From Octopus sinensis (lineage: Eukaryota), in contig NC_043003.1 in the NCBI RefSeq assembly GCF_006345805.1, positions 12,214,001 through 12,278,000 on the forward strand: a DNA stretch of 64,000 nt, written 5' to 3'. Positions 1 to 12,159 of this stretch are shown in pieces (within the stretch, counting starts at the first letter, position 1; each line of letters begins with the position of its first letter). The notes under the pieces are model-generated. The model searched no databases and had not been told where the DNA came from. It worked only from the letters and a program-made list of their open reading frames with translations. Position numbers and translations under genes: made by a program.

Positions 1-717
1 AATAATTACTGAATACATTGAAATATATTAGTCATGTTATGTTTATCAGCTCTTTGTATATTTTTTCATTAAGGCTTGTGATCAGTGAAAAGGAAATGAG
101 CAAATTTTGACAGCTAACATTAAAAATTTACAGATTTATAAAATTATTATAGACAAAGAAATATTAAAATATTTTAACCTGTTTCCTACTTCTTGAACTT
201 TGCACTATTATAATGTGGAGATTGTACAGAAACCTGGGTGGTCAACAATATCTATTGGAGCCCATTACATTATTGAGTTCAGATTTTTAGATTTGTTGGA
301 ATTGGATTTGTTAACTCTGAAGAGTTGGCAAATATAAATACTATTGATTTACTAATGCTTCCAAACCACATGGTTCTGGGTTCAGTTCTACTGCATGGAA
401 CATTAGGCAAGTGGCTCCTATAGCCTCAGGCTGACCAAATCCTTGAGAGTGGATTTGTTTGATAGAAACAGAAAGGAACCTGTCATATATATAAATATAA
501 ATGTAATATTCAGGGATCGAGGTGTAGGAAGAAAGTGAGCTTCAAGCAATCCATAGGAAATATAAAAAAACAACTTTCAGGATCAGTAGTGGTTTATTGG
601 GGCAGAAGGTTGTGAATTTTCCCCATATCAAAGTACCATAAGTTGAAAAAAAAAAATCTTATATTTCATGGTTGGCAGCCAGTGTTGCCAGATATGTAAC
701 TAAAAATTCAAGAGTTA

Positions 718-937
718 AGGAATGAAGTAGATAAAATCTGGGCTATACATGTTTCATAGCAAGCGGAATCTCACAAATGGTAAATATCCAAGTGACGTAT
801 TTACCGCAGGCTACTCTTCAGGCCAAGGATATCTTGACTCTTGGCCTGTGGTATACACCTTGCTTGGATATTTATTACTTCTGAGGTTCCAGTTGCTATG
901 AAACATATGTAGCCTGGTTTTTATCTATTTCATTCCT
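718..937. mobile_element. Foldback MITE, Tc1/mariner-type (TA TSD)
   Basis: TA at 716-717 and 938-939. Left end AGGAATGAAGTAGATAAAATCTGGGCTATACATGTTTCATAGCAA matches the reverse complement of the right end TTGCTATGAAACATATGTAGCCTGGTTTTTATCTATTTCATTCCT; imperfect IR continues about 75 bp; inner AGGCCAAG/CTTGGCCT hairpin. Confidence 0.8.
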
Positions 938-1559
938 TATACATTAATTCCATTCCACATACATAATACAGGGTTGCCCAAAAGTCACCTGACAGTAAAT
1001 CAGAACCATTTAATTCCAAGATTTATTTATGTTTAACAACTGAATGAATTTAATAAAAGCATCTAAATATGAAACATCATGAAAATTGTTGAAACTGAAG
1101 TCCTTCTTGAGCAACACATTTTTCCATTTGAGTCAATACAGAATTACAAATAGCATTTATGGAATTTTTATTTACTGTCATCTGACTTTTGGCCAAACCT
1201 GTATATATTATTCGTGTGTTTGTATGCATGTCTGTGTTTGTCCCCCACCATTGCATAACTGGTGTTGGTGTGTTTATGTCCTCATAACTTAGCAGTTCAG
1301 TAAAAAAGACTGATAGAATAAGTACCAGGCTTAAAAAATAAAACTACTGGGGTTGATTAGTTTGATTAAAATTCCTCAAGGTGGTGCCCCAGCATGGCCA
1401 TAGTCTAATAACTGAAACAGATAAAAGATATCTACATTCTAAACTACTAAATGACTTCTCACTTTTAAAACTGTTGTGAGAAGTTGTTGGTGCAGCGTGC
1501 TACTTCATTTAGCTATTTCCTTTACTAAACAACTTTGTGATTTAAAATATTTCAGCTCC

Positions 1560-2130
1560 CAATAATTGTTGACACTCAAGCTCAAGTGAGACTTGCAATA
1601 GAGTACTGCTGCCACACCTGGGACATTGCTGCTGATAAACACTGGTATCCTGGACTACACCAGAGAGTTGCCACTCAAACTGACCTGAATAAAATCTGTA
1701 TATATATAAACGGCAAAATGTCTGTGTGTGTGTGTCCTTTATATAAATTCACAATTTTTCAGTTAGAGGGCTCGCACTTTCTATGGTCATTCAAAACCAT
1801 CCAAGGGTGGTTGTACACATCTTTACATTTCCCCAATCACCCTGCAAAGGCATTAAAAAATCAATAGAAGTGACATTTTTGTGAATTTTCTATCCAAAAC
1901 CCCACCAAAATGCCCGAAACTTGATACGCCAATTGAATGCCAGCTAGCTGTATGTGATTGGTCAGAGATTTGGACAGTACTCGCATGTATGTGCGCACGC
2001 ACGCAGCTGTATATGCATGCACTAGCACTATGACTGGCATTGCTGGGTCATAGTGCTAGTCATTCATAAACTATCTCCAGCTTCTTGTGCACAGGCATGC
2101 TATCTCCTTTCTCTTCCGTTTCTACCTCTG
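1560..2130 (+). mobile_element. Degenerate CR1/Jockey-group LINE RT C-terminal fragment, split by a Helentron-like insertion
   Basis: VRLAIEYCCHTWD (1586-) resembles the xRPxMEYCSHxW motif; after 2060 the sequence reads LQLLVHRHAISFLFRFY, resembling LxxLxHRRxVxSLxLFYRY. Confidence 0.5.
1694..2060 (-). mobile_element. Non-autonomous Helentron/HINE-like element
   Basis: Inverted copy of 46334-46697. 5' ACTAGCACTATGACC..GGTCATAGTGCTAGT hairpin; 3' ACACAGACATTTTGCCGTTTATATATATACAGAT end. Confidence 0.7.
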
Positions 2131-2134
2131 ATGT

Positions 2135-2452
2135 AGTTCTGGCATTTATTTGCTTACAATGAAGATTCCAGATGATCTGATCAACAGAACAGCCTGCTTG
2201 TAAAATTAGTGGCTGAGAACTCAACAGACACACGTACCCTTAATGTAGTTTTCAGGGAGATTCAGTGTGACACAGAATGTGACATGGTTGACCCTTTGTA
2301 ATACAGGGACCTCTCATTTTTGCTAGCTGAGTCGACTAGTGCAACATAAGATAAAGTGTCTTTCTGAAGGACACAACATGCCATCAGGTATTGAACTCAT
2401 GACCTTAGAATCTTGAGCCAAATATCCTATCTACTTAGCTTCATGTGCCTCT
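2135..2452 (-). mobile_element. tRNA-derived SINE (GAGGCACATG head; tail type also at ~63830-64000)
   Basis: Reverse-strand A/B-box-like head and GTGTCCTT..AAGACACTTTAT core-like segment. Confidence 0.7.
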
Positions 2453-3413
2453 AATATAATAGCCTATATTCCTTGGAGCTGACTGTCTTTTTTTTTACTT
2501 CCTCCACTCATGCACTCCCAGCCACTTGATCCACCAGCATAGCTAGAGAATGTGCTGCCTAGGGCAGCCCTTCAGTTTGCCACCACCAGGCTCTCACAAA
2601 AACTACATATCACCTACAGCAGACCCAAAAGTGGTGCCACCCCACCCTGGTGCACTAGTTCCTGCACTTGTCATTTCCTCACAACATTGACCCTTTGATA
2701 TTCCCTCTCTGCTAATATCTTTCCTGCAGGTATTGAATAAAGGAAATTAAGTTTAAGTTAGTTTGGCTATTTGAAAAGTAACCGATATATACCAATATAC
2801 TTTTGACAACAAATATATCAGATAATTTATATTTCTTCTCATTCTCTTCATAGTCCATAACTTTTAATCTTTGGCTTGATGCTATAGTATTTAGCATTAA
2901 ATATATCTCTTTCTTTTCCCTAATCAATAATATTCATTGGCAATCCCGCGGTTATATTTGGTATTTGAAGCTATTACAAAATTGTCTCTGAGTAAATTCT
3001 GAAGCCATTTGCCAATATATAATAAAGAGGTGTGTTATGCTCTTTTGTTTCATTATTAATAATGCATATATAATACTTTTCCCTTGTTATTTGGAAATAG
3101 TGGCTAAGTTAGTAGTGGCTATGTGGTTTAATTAGTGTCAAAGGTGAAACTAATTAGATAGTTTTGAGTCTAGGATTCTGAGTAGAGGAAGAGATTGGTT
3201 GATTGTTGGTGATATGGACAAAGATTTTCAACAAATGGATATATATTAGAGTAGTTGTATACTGTCAACTTAATGTGACAGTCCCATGAAGGGAATCACA
3301 CTACTGCTATTTAGCCCTAGGAAGCATTAACGCTTCCTGTCGGCCTTGACACATTTCCTGTGTCCTTATGTTTACAAGGGGGAGACAAGCACCCCCACCC
3401 AGCTAAGCCTGCA

Positions 3414-3455
3414 TCCAGAGACTAGTTTCTGAGTTTTGCTTGTCATCAGTCTGGA
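3414..3455 (-). ncRNA. Minimal type-I hammerhead ribozyme motif (stem II decayed)
   Basis: Minus strand TCCAGA-CTGATGA-CAAG-CAAAA-CTCA-GAAA-CTAG-TC^-TCTGGA: perfect 6-bp stem I, intact core, palindromic CTAG loop III, GUC cleavage triplet. Confidence 0.7.
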
Positions 3456-3683
3456 GTAGCATGGCCTGCTAGCTGGAGATGCTTGTCTAGGCCTTGTAAA
3501 CATATAAGAATTCTATATTAAGTATAGTCTAAACCAGTGTTTATCTACTGCAGGGATCAGGGAACTTTTTTAACCAATTGCCCCAAAATATATTTATTTA
3601 TGCTGACGTTACCCCCTTGATTTGAAAGGAGAAAAAATCATAGAATCTCTGAATTCAAAAGGTTTATTGAAGAAACATGTTTT

Positions 3684-4160
3684 TTATATAATTTTACTTA
3701 TGTCTAATGGGTCCTCATTAGACTCAAGAATTCCATTTTTACCCTGGTTTGCCAACCCCTGATCTACTGGGAATTCACACGGCCCTTATGGGTCCGCATA
3801 AAATTTTGCTGTTAAAATTTATGTGCAATAAATCAGTTACACTTGTACAATACACAAAATATTTCAACAATCATTTTTAATATAATTCCTAATAATAATT
3901 AATTATAAAAATATAATCAATAACAAATGGACAGTTATAATTGCATTAAATTTAAAAATCTAAAATTTTAATCAGCATCTTCCAATTATAAAAATAAAAA
4001 TATAAAAAATAATAAATATTTTGACCAGTTTATAATTTTATAACTTCACATATAATTATAGATTAGATTTATATAATTTTTACTTATGTCTAATGAGTCC
4101 TCATTAGACTCAAGAATTCCATTTTTACCCTGGTTTGCCAACTCCTGATCTACTGGGAAT
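3684..4160 (+). repeat. ~91-bp direct duplication (3684-3774, 4069-4160) around an AT-rich repeat fragment; includes a hAT-like TIR end (GGTTTGCCAACCCCTG)
   Basis: Two near-identical copies (2 substitutions, 1 indel). The intervening sequence is related to the minus-strand repeat at ~5190-5400. Confidence 0.8.
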
Positions 4161-4250
4161 CCCTTCATCAGTTTTCCCCTGTTTTATCTACTCTGCATTT
4201 AGAATGTTCGAAATGCAGAGTAGATAAAACAGGGGGCAACTGATCAAGGG
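4161..4250. other. Long hairpin: 40-bp stem, 10-nt loop
   Basis: 4161-4200 pairs with 4211-4250 at 37/40 Watson-Crick, including a 25-bp perfect run. Confidence 0.85.
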
Positions 4251-4428
4251 ACTGTTTTTTATATTGCCTGTCTATTTCTCTATTTGTTTCTTTCGTTGTT
4301 CGAAAAAATTTCATTTACCATGTTTTTGTTTTTAGTGTTCTCGTTTTTCATGTTCACATTTTTTTTTAACGTCCTGTACCCATATAAGCATGTGTATACA
4401 CATATATATGTAGGTATGTACATGTATG

Positions 4429-4474
<46 letters not shown>

Positions 4475-5399
4475 AGAGAGAGAAATCGGCGGAAATATAG
4501 GTTAAACTACTTGACTACTGACCATATATTTTCATGAGTATAAATGTTATTACTTAGGCATTCCTGTTGCAAGGTATATAACTCTGCTTGTTTGATTGAA
4601 TTGGGGGTGAGGTGGGGACAGCTCCATCACTCCACTCTTCTTCCTTGTTGAGTATCATCCAGCTATTAAAACAATTACTACAAATTATAAGCCCCCCCCC
4701 CCTTTATGCAAATATAGAAAAATAATGCATGCACATGCTAGATAGTAAATGTATTTGTGTTTGTATGTGAGATGACTGTGTTAGCACTAACTTGTACTCT
4801 GCATGGATCAGACATGATGAATAAATATTTTTGTGTGGATTTATTAGCAGACAGTATGCATGGTAAAAATTGTCTGAAGTAAACTTGGCATAAAGTATTT
4901 AAATCAGACCATAGTGGGCAATGCTTCATAAATAAGATTAGGTAATAGACATGGAGTTATGATATAATTTTTAAAGTTATTTTATTGTTGAGTCAGTGGA
5001 AGACAGCCTCCCATCAGCTTTTCCAGAGCCTCATACACTGCAGGGGTGAAGGATAGAATTATATTGACAAGCTAAAAATCTAGCCCAAATGCTCTACTAA
5101 AGGCTTCCTAAGGCCAGGTGGTGGTGTTGAATTAAATATTAAATGAAGTTCACCACCTAGTGCAGCGATTATCGACCAATTTTTGTCTCTGGACTCCTTT
5201 GAGCCTTATTTTCTTTACTAGTTCCCCCATAGCCATTTGATGATTAAAAAAAATCTTATTATACTTTTATAATTAAATATTTATTAGGAATTGTACTAAA
5301 AAAATTAAAATATTTTGTGTATTCTAGAAGTATAAACAATTTATTGCACATAAATTTTAACAACAAAATCTTATATAGACTCCTGTTAAGAAACACTGA

Positions 5400-5846
5400 T
5401 CTCGTGCATGTTATATTACATGAGCATCCCTCTATTAAGCAAAATAAACATGTGCTTAGGGCATCAAGGGAAGGAGGGGTACCACAAAAATGGTAAATGG
5501 TTTACGGCACAAAAGAAATCACTTTAAACTTGCTAAAATAATATTCAGGATGCCTTTGTCTCTACTAAGTATAGATACAGATGTGTTACCTAAGATTAAT
5601 TTTGAGGATCTGGTCAAAGACTTTGCAATTCAAAAAAGTAGGAGGAAACTTTCCTTATATAAATAAAGTGGAAATATACAAAAAGAAACATTATTTTCCC
5701 TCTCTTTATCTTTTGTTTCGTTTTGAAAAATGAAAATTTATTTTATGGTTTGTTATTGTTTATATTTTGAATTACATAATATTTTACGGGGGCACCAAAA
5801 TCTTTTATGTGCTTTTAGGGCCTTGATGGGTCTTAATCCAGCCCTG
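5400..5846 (-). mobile_element. hAT-like non-autonomous element fragment (CAGGGCTGGATTAAGACCC terminus; same terminus at 31462-31520)
   Basis: Shared terminal sequence in two places. Weakly transposase-like text (LVKDFAIQK) inside. Confidence 0.5.
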
Positions 5847-6744
5847 GTGCTAGGTGTGTGCTGAACACCCATCGCAAATGGCAAATTTGTTATAAATATT
5901 AACCTTACTCATTAATTTAATCACAAATTTTAATGGAAAACTTTTGTTATACCCCTGTTTGAATTTGGTGGTAATACAACAACCACCATATGCCACTGCT
6001 AAATAAGTTTGCATTTAAAAATGAATGTATTAAATATATTAGATACAACCTTACTTATGGGATGCATGAACATAAATTTGTTTATCATTTTTACTTGTAA
6101 TTTAGTAATAACTAATGTTTTTATGTTATACAATATGAAGAGACTTTAGTGTTTTTCTTTAAAAAGCTCAGTTGCAGAAAATATGAATCCATTAATACCC
6201 TGTGTTGTGTGAAGTGTAAGGATCCTTCATACAATAGTTTCCCAAACAAGAATATATTCATACCCATACATGCCTCTTCTATCTATCAAGCTAAAAAGCA
6301 GCATGTATTAATTTGGGAATTAATGCTTGAAAGCTTCTCCAGTTTTTAATGAAAAAACAAAACAAAGGATAATAATAAATCTGATGGAATATTTTATAAC
6401 TAAGCAAATTAAATATTTCAGATAGTTTATTTGTTGCTTTTGAATAAAATTCCTGTTAATCTCGTTATTTCTATAATCATCATCCCTTATTCTTTTAAAC
6501 TAATTTTGTCTTGTTGCTTGGATACTGTATTATCCATGCTTTTAGGATTTAGGTGGCTCAATGTTCATCACATGTCACATTAAAGAAATAATATAATGAT
6601 GTCAGTCTTTTCATGTTGAAGGCTTCTATAACAAATTCCTTAATTATTAATCATTAAAAACAATCAATTTTTATTGAAATACAATTTTCTTATAACAAAT
6701 TTGAAATGTATATTTGAAAAATTTTTTTTTTTTTCATACATTAG

Positions 6745-8340
6745 CATTTGAATTTAAGATCCTACACAGGTCCTCAGCTGTCATAGTCCATGTTTCACTA
6801 CCATGCAGCATAGCTGTTCACACACAGGCATCAAATCTTCCTTTCACTCTGAGAGAGAGGCCCTTTTTTGACATCAAGGGTAGGAGCTCTCTGAACTTTG
6901 CCCAGCCTAATCTTATTCTCACAGCTATGTTCTTGGAGGATCTACCCTCACTACTACCTTGGTCACCTAGATAACAGAAGCTATCTAGTACCTCTAGCTT
7001 ACCCCCCTGGTAGTTGATGGAGTCTGTGTATTTTTTGTGTTTATTGTATCTGTGCACCTTTCACATACAGAAGATAGTTTCCCTGTTAACCTTCCTCTAA
7101 TGTTGCTGCACCTTTTATGTGTCCAAAGCTTGCACTGGATGCATCTTACAGAGTTTCTACCTACACCTTTTCTACAGATTGAGCAGGGCCATCTACTTGA
7201 GGGGATTTGTGATTTGTCTGCCTTCCTACTTATTACAACTTTGGTTTTTGCTAGGTTGACTTCTCTAGTTCAGGTAGTGATTCATTAAGGTCATCAGCAT
7301 AGAAGAGTTCTCAGGGACAGTCTGTCTTGAATTTCTCTGTTAATGCCTGGTGGTTGTGGAGGTGCGTGGTTTAGTGGTCAGGGTGTCAGCACCATGATTG
7401 TAAGATTGTGGTTTCGATTCCTGGACCGGACGATGCATTGTGTTCTTAAGCAAAACACTTCATTTCACATTGCTCCAGTCCACTCAGCTGGCAAAAACGA
7501 GTAATGCTGTGACGGACTGGCGTCCCATCCAGCTGGGGAACACATACACCATAGAAGCCGGGAAACTGGGCCCATGACCCTGGATAGGCTTTAAAAGGGT
7601 GCATTTATTTATTATTATTGCCTGGTGGACTATGATGAACAAAAGGGGGCTGTGCACCAATCCTTGGTGAATCCGTACTTCTACCCTGAATTCTTCATTG
7701 TACTCATTGCCCACCCTCATCTTAATGGTAGCATCTCTCTACAAGGCTTAGACAGCTCTCACCAACCACTTGACTATCCCCAGTTTCCGCATTGACCACC
7801 AGATAAGAGATCAGGGGACTCTGTCAAAAGCATCCTCCAAGTCAACAAAAGCCAAGTAGAGCGGTTTATCTTTGGTTAGGTATTTCTCCTGCAGCTGCCT
7901 CACCAGAAATATAGCATCAGTGGTGCTTCTCCCTAGCACAAAACCAAACTACATCTCATTTAAGCTAACTCTCTCCCTAATTAGCTGGGCTATGACTCCC
8001 TCCGCAACTTTTATCATCTGATCCAACAATTTGTTACCTCTAATAATTTTTATCTAAGGCATCACCTTTACCTTTGTAGCAGTTAACTATGGTGCTAGTA
8101 CACCAGTCATTGGGTATGACTCTTTCATGAACCACCTGATTTACAATACAGGTGACTAGACCATAACTCGTACCACCAGATATTTTAAGCATTCCAGCAG
8201 TGATTCCTGGTGGGCTGGAGGCTTTCCCTGTCTTCATATCCTTAATCGCTTTGTCTACCAGGGTACTGTTGATTCAGATAGCTGGTCCCTCAATTGGGTC
8301 AACATCTGGCAGACTCTCCTCTTCCCATTTTGATTGTGTA
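6745..8340 (-). mobile_element. Degenerate RTE-clade LINE RT fragment, interrupted by a SINE
   Basis: ORFs 8040-8237 (MKTGKASSPPGITAGMLKISGG..IVNCYKGKGDALD), 7484-7720 and 6818-7057 (LEVLDSFCYLGDQ..IRLGWAKFRELLPL) are collinear with 51324-53198. Confidence 0.9.
7354..7618 (+). mobile_element. tRNA-derived SINE (family B) with 10-bp TSD
   Basis: A box TGGTTTAGTGG, B box GGTTTCGATTCC; TSD TGCCTGGTGG at 7344-7353 and 7619-7628; (ATT)n tail. Confidence 0.9.
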
Positions 8341-9179
8341 TATTCAGTTTCTCTTTTCCTCTAAGTCATTGAGAAAGTGGATGAAAGACAATGTAGTATT
8401 AACAATGTCAGCTTTAACAAATGATCCTGGGAGAATGGCTTAGATGCACATTATTAACTCTTTATTTAAATTTGGGTTTTTAATTTTAGATTTCTTTACC
8501 CTAAGTTTGAATATAAACTCTATGTAGAATTTAATTTTAAAAAAATTTTAATTGAATTTTATTTTTTTAAAAATGTAATTTACTCTTTGTTATTTTAACT
8601 GCAGCTTATGTTCAAATAGAAATACATATACCAGATATCTAAATGCATTGTGCTGAAACAATTTCCTTCATTTAATAATTAACTTATAAATTAAAATATT
8701 GATACTTAATCAAATATGGTGTGAAATCCTTGAGATGTCAACCATTATAATTAGAATCTAAATTAGCCTAATTTTGAACAAGTTGCTTGTTAAATCTCTT
8801 GGTGGAATCATTTAATTGCATATAGGAATGTTGTCATTTGTCATTCAATCTCAAATTATATATGTAAATGTTTCTATCATATACCATCTGTTCTTCTGGC
8901 AATATTAATCAGTGTTAATATCTTTCAGTGATAATTGACATCAATCAGACTGTTAGGAAAGAAAATGTCACGCATGAAAGTTGAGTTGCAGAGCCTCTGA
9001 GAAAACCGTGACGCAACCAAATCTGTTTTGTTATATAATATGGATCTCGAAATCCCAACTAATGTTGAATTAATTATTAAAAACTCATTTTGATAATCGT
9101 TATTGTTATTGAGATATTACCCTGGATTGCATACTTTTATTTCAAAGCCAAGTGTTGCATCATAGTTGTGTTGTTGTCA

Positions 9180-9660
9180 GCAGAATTAATAGGCCACCAG
9201 GCTTGTGGTAGTTCAATGTATCCTTTCATGTTTTGAGTTCAAATCTGCTGAAGTTGATTTTATCTTTCATCCCTGTAGTGTCAATAAAATAAGTACCAGT
9301 CAAGTACTGGCGTTGATTTAATAGACTACGTTTCTCCCCTCACCCATAGTGTCAGATAAAACGAAAGGCATTTTATCTTATGCTACTGTGGATCGAGAGG
9401 GACATCGTCTGTTATGTTCTGGTTTCATATCCTGGTGAGATCAACTTTGCTTTCATCTCTGTTAAAGTATCAGCCAAGTACTGGGAATGATATAATCAAC
9501 AAATCCCCACCTCACACAAATTTCAATCCTTGTTCTAATATTAGAAACAATTATTGTTGTTGCAGTTATTTATTAAGTTGTGGAGAGGCAGAGATCGGTG
9601 GATACTTGACAAAATGCCTTTCTGCAGTTAATTTCAATTTCCTAATATTCTGAGTGTGAA
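9180..9660 (+). mobile_element. Cluster of degenerate family C SINE pieces (Deu/Nin-like domain)
   Basis: TTCTGAGTTCAAAT..CTTTCATCC..ATAAAATAAGTACCAG motifs repeated. Confidence 0.6.
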
Positions 9661-10719
9661 TATTCTATTTCTTCCTAATGAACTTTTGGCTTTATGCCAC
9701 TGTTATAAATAATTGTCGTTGTTTGAAATGATATTTGTAAATCACCAGATTAATATGATTTGTGGCTAGTTGGGTGCTCCATCACTAAGTAGTTTTGTTT
9801 CTTTTTATAAATTGTTAAGCAGAGCTGGAAATACTTCCTGGTTCCTGTTTAATATACAGCAAAGTGCCCTTCATTAAATGCACAAAGGCTACATAATTAA
9901 TGTACTGATCTTTTGACCCAAGCACATTAAGTTCAAACTGTCATAGATATTGAACTGAGCCCTTAGAAAATGTACATTTATTAATTCACTAACTTTAGTC
10001 AAACTAACCCCTAAATTGTTTCCACTCTCATTTCATGGTTTGATATATCTACAGCATGAAGGTTATATCTTAGTGAAAAAGTAATTGAGAACATGCAAAA
10101 TATGTTGAATTAACCAACTGTGTTAGTGTGAACAAATTAGATGTAAAATTGAGTTGGCTCATTGGAGGGAAATAATTTTGCTATAAGAACTTAGGTTTCA
10201 GTCAGCCCCAGTGAGGGTTTCTAATTGGGATGTTAATAAGCTAAAGAACAGGTTTTGTCTAATTTGAACTACAGTATAGAGTTGGTGCTAAATGATGGAA
10301 ATAAAGAAAAGATAATCATAAAATTGTTGATAGAGATGAAAAAATTAGAATGAAGAAATAAATGAAGGTTACAATGTTGACGATACTATTTTCTTTTCTA
10401 TTATTTCTTTCATCTACTCTGATATTATTTACAACAATATTGATTTTTTTCTCGTGTGCGTGTTATTTCACAAGAGATAAAAATTTTCCTACTATTTTAC
10501 ACAAGATGTGGCATTTCTATCAGTTTGTATATTGTTGTATATGTAACATAGCCAAATCTTTAAAATGTTAAGACCATAGGGAAAAATAAAATCTATGTAT
10601 AGGTTTATTAATGAATTTGTATTAAGCTGGTCCATCACTGTGGATTAACAATTAACAAACAAAATTTGAGTCATGACATGAAAATATCTGGTCAGATGTA
10701 GAATATTAATAAAATAACT

Positions 10720-10979
10720 ATTAATTGTTATCGCCATATTAATATGGCATTCTTATAGATATAAGAATAATCGCTGCCGCTGGTCAGCTCCATGAGGCCA
10801 CCGCCTTAAGATAGCTATTGATACACGATCTGTATCCATTATAACCTTCGAAGGTTATAATGGATACAGATCGTGTATCAATAGCTATCTTAAGGCGGTG
10901 GCCTCATGGAGCTGACCAGCGGCAGCGATTATTCTTGTATCTATAAGAATGCCATATTAATATGGCGATAACAATTAAT
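10720..10979. repeat. 260-bp spacer-less palindrome
   Basis: Centre between 10849/10850 (ACCTTC|GAAGGT); 130-bp arms with a single mismatch (T10762/G10937). Confidence 0.95.
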
Positions 10980-11231
10980 TTCCAGTAAACGCTGTCGTAA
11001 TCTCTTTTATAGAGACTTAGTAATTTTAATATTTCTATTAAAATAACTATTAATATCAGTTTTTATTATTATTATTTTTCTAATTATCAGATAGTATAAA
11101 ATCAAGGGATTGATTTTGCTCTTCCTAACCATAACAAAATAAGTACTTGTAATATACTGGGGACCAACATAATTGACTATAGTTGTTTCTTAACAAATTG
11201 ATCTTGTGATTTGTCTATATAAATATATGAT

Positions 11232-11530
11232 GGACTCTCCCGTCATTAGATAACACATGAAGGTTCGACAGTTTCTTATCGAATAACCAATACAGATGAT
11301 TTGTTTATAGTGATCAAATGTTTGTGTACACATAAGCTCACTCCCTCCATCAAATCGACATTACCTGTACAGGTGCACTGTGTGCCACATGTCAATTGAT
11401 GATATGATTACAGAGCAACGTGAAATGAAGTGCTTTGCTCAAGAGCACAATGCAATGCCTAGTCTGGGAATCGAACCCATGATCTCACAATCGTGAGTGT
11501 AACACCTCAACCACTGAGCCATGTGCCTTT
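11232..11530 (-). mobile_element. tRNA-derived SINE variant (related copy ~36700-36975)
   Basis: Reverse head AGGCACATGGCTCAGTGGTTGAGG..GGGTTCGATTCCCAGAC. Confidence 0.75.
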
Positions 11531-12159
11531 ACATATATATTGGCAAAAGTAGAAATTATAATAAATTTTAATTAAAACTGAAATGTTAAACTTTACACAT
11601 TGTCTATGCCAGTAGTTCTCAACCACTTTAATATCTGGGCCAGATCCAAAACCTAGATTTTTTTTTAGGGGACTGCACCAGAAAAATTAAAACACAGGTC
11701 AATTAGAGAAAAATATATATTTATTGATGGAAGACCATTGAGGGCTACATTGGGCCCTGGGAGCTAGTCTAGGTCCTTCATCCTTTCAGACTCAATGACA
11801 TTTGTATCTTGTAAGATACAAAGATAAACTGACTCTATAACCACTACCCTACAAAATATATTTTTCTTTGCTTCGTACATAGTCAAGAGAAATTAGGACC
11901 TATGAATGGAATATTGAGCACTATTAAACTTATACATCTTCATTAAAGCATAACTCTGGAATAGTATTAGTACACTAAAGTAAAAGGTTAGTATTAACTT
12001 GATATAACAATAATGATCTGAAAGACTTTGGTGAAGCTTGGTTGAATTAGTTCTGGTTATTAGTTGGAAGTTCTTCATTCACTTTTTGGGAAAAGGGTGA
12101 ATGTTATAAGGTATCGTTCCTGTTAGGAATAATTTTTCATGTAAAGTATCTTTTGTAGG

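Noticed and set aside
9349-9433. Apparent exon SDKTKGILSYATVDREGHRLLCSGFIS with GTGAG donor
   Set aside because: The donor and 3' half align to the SINE C body; it lies between SINE fragments.
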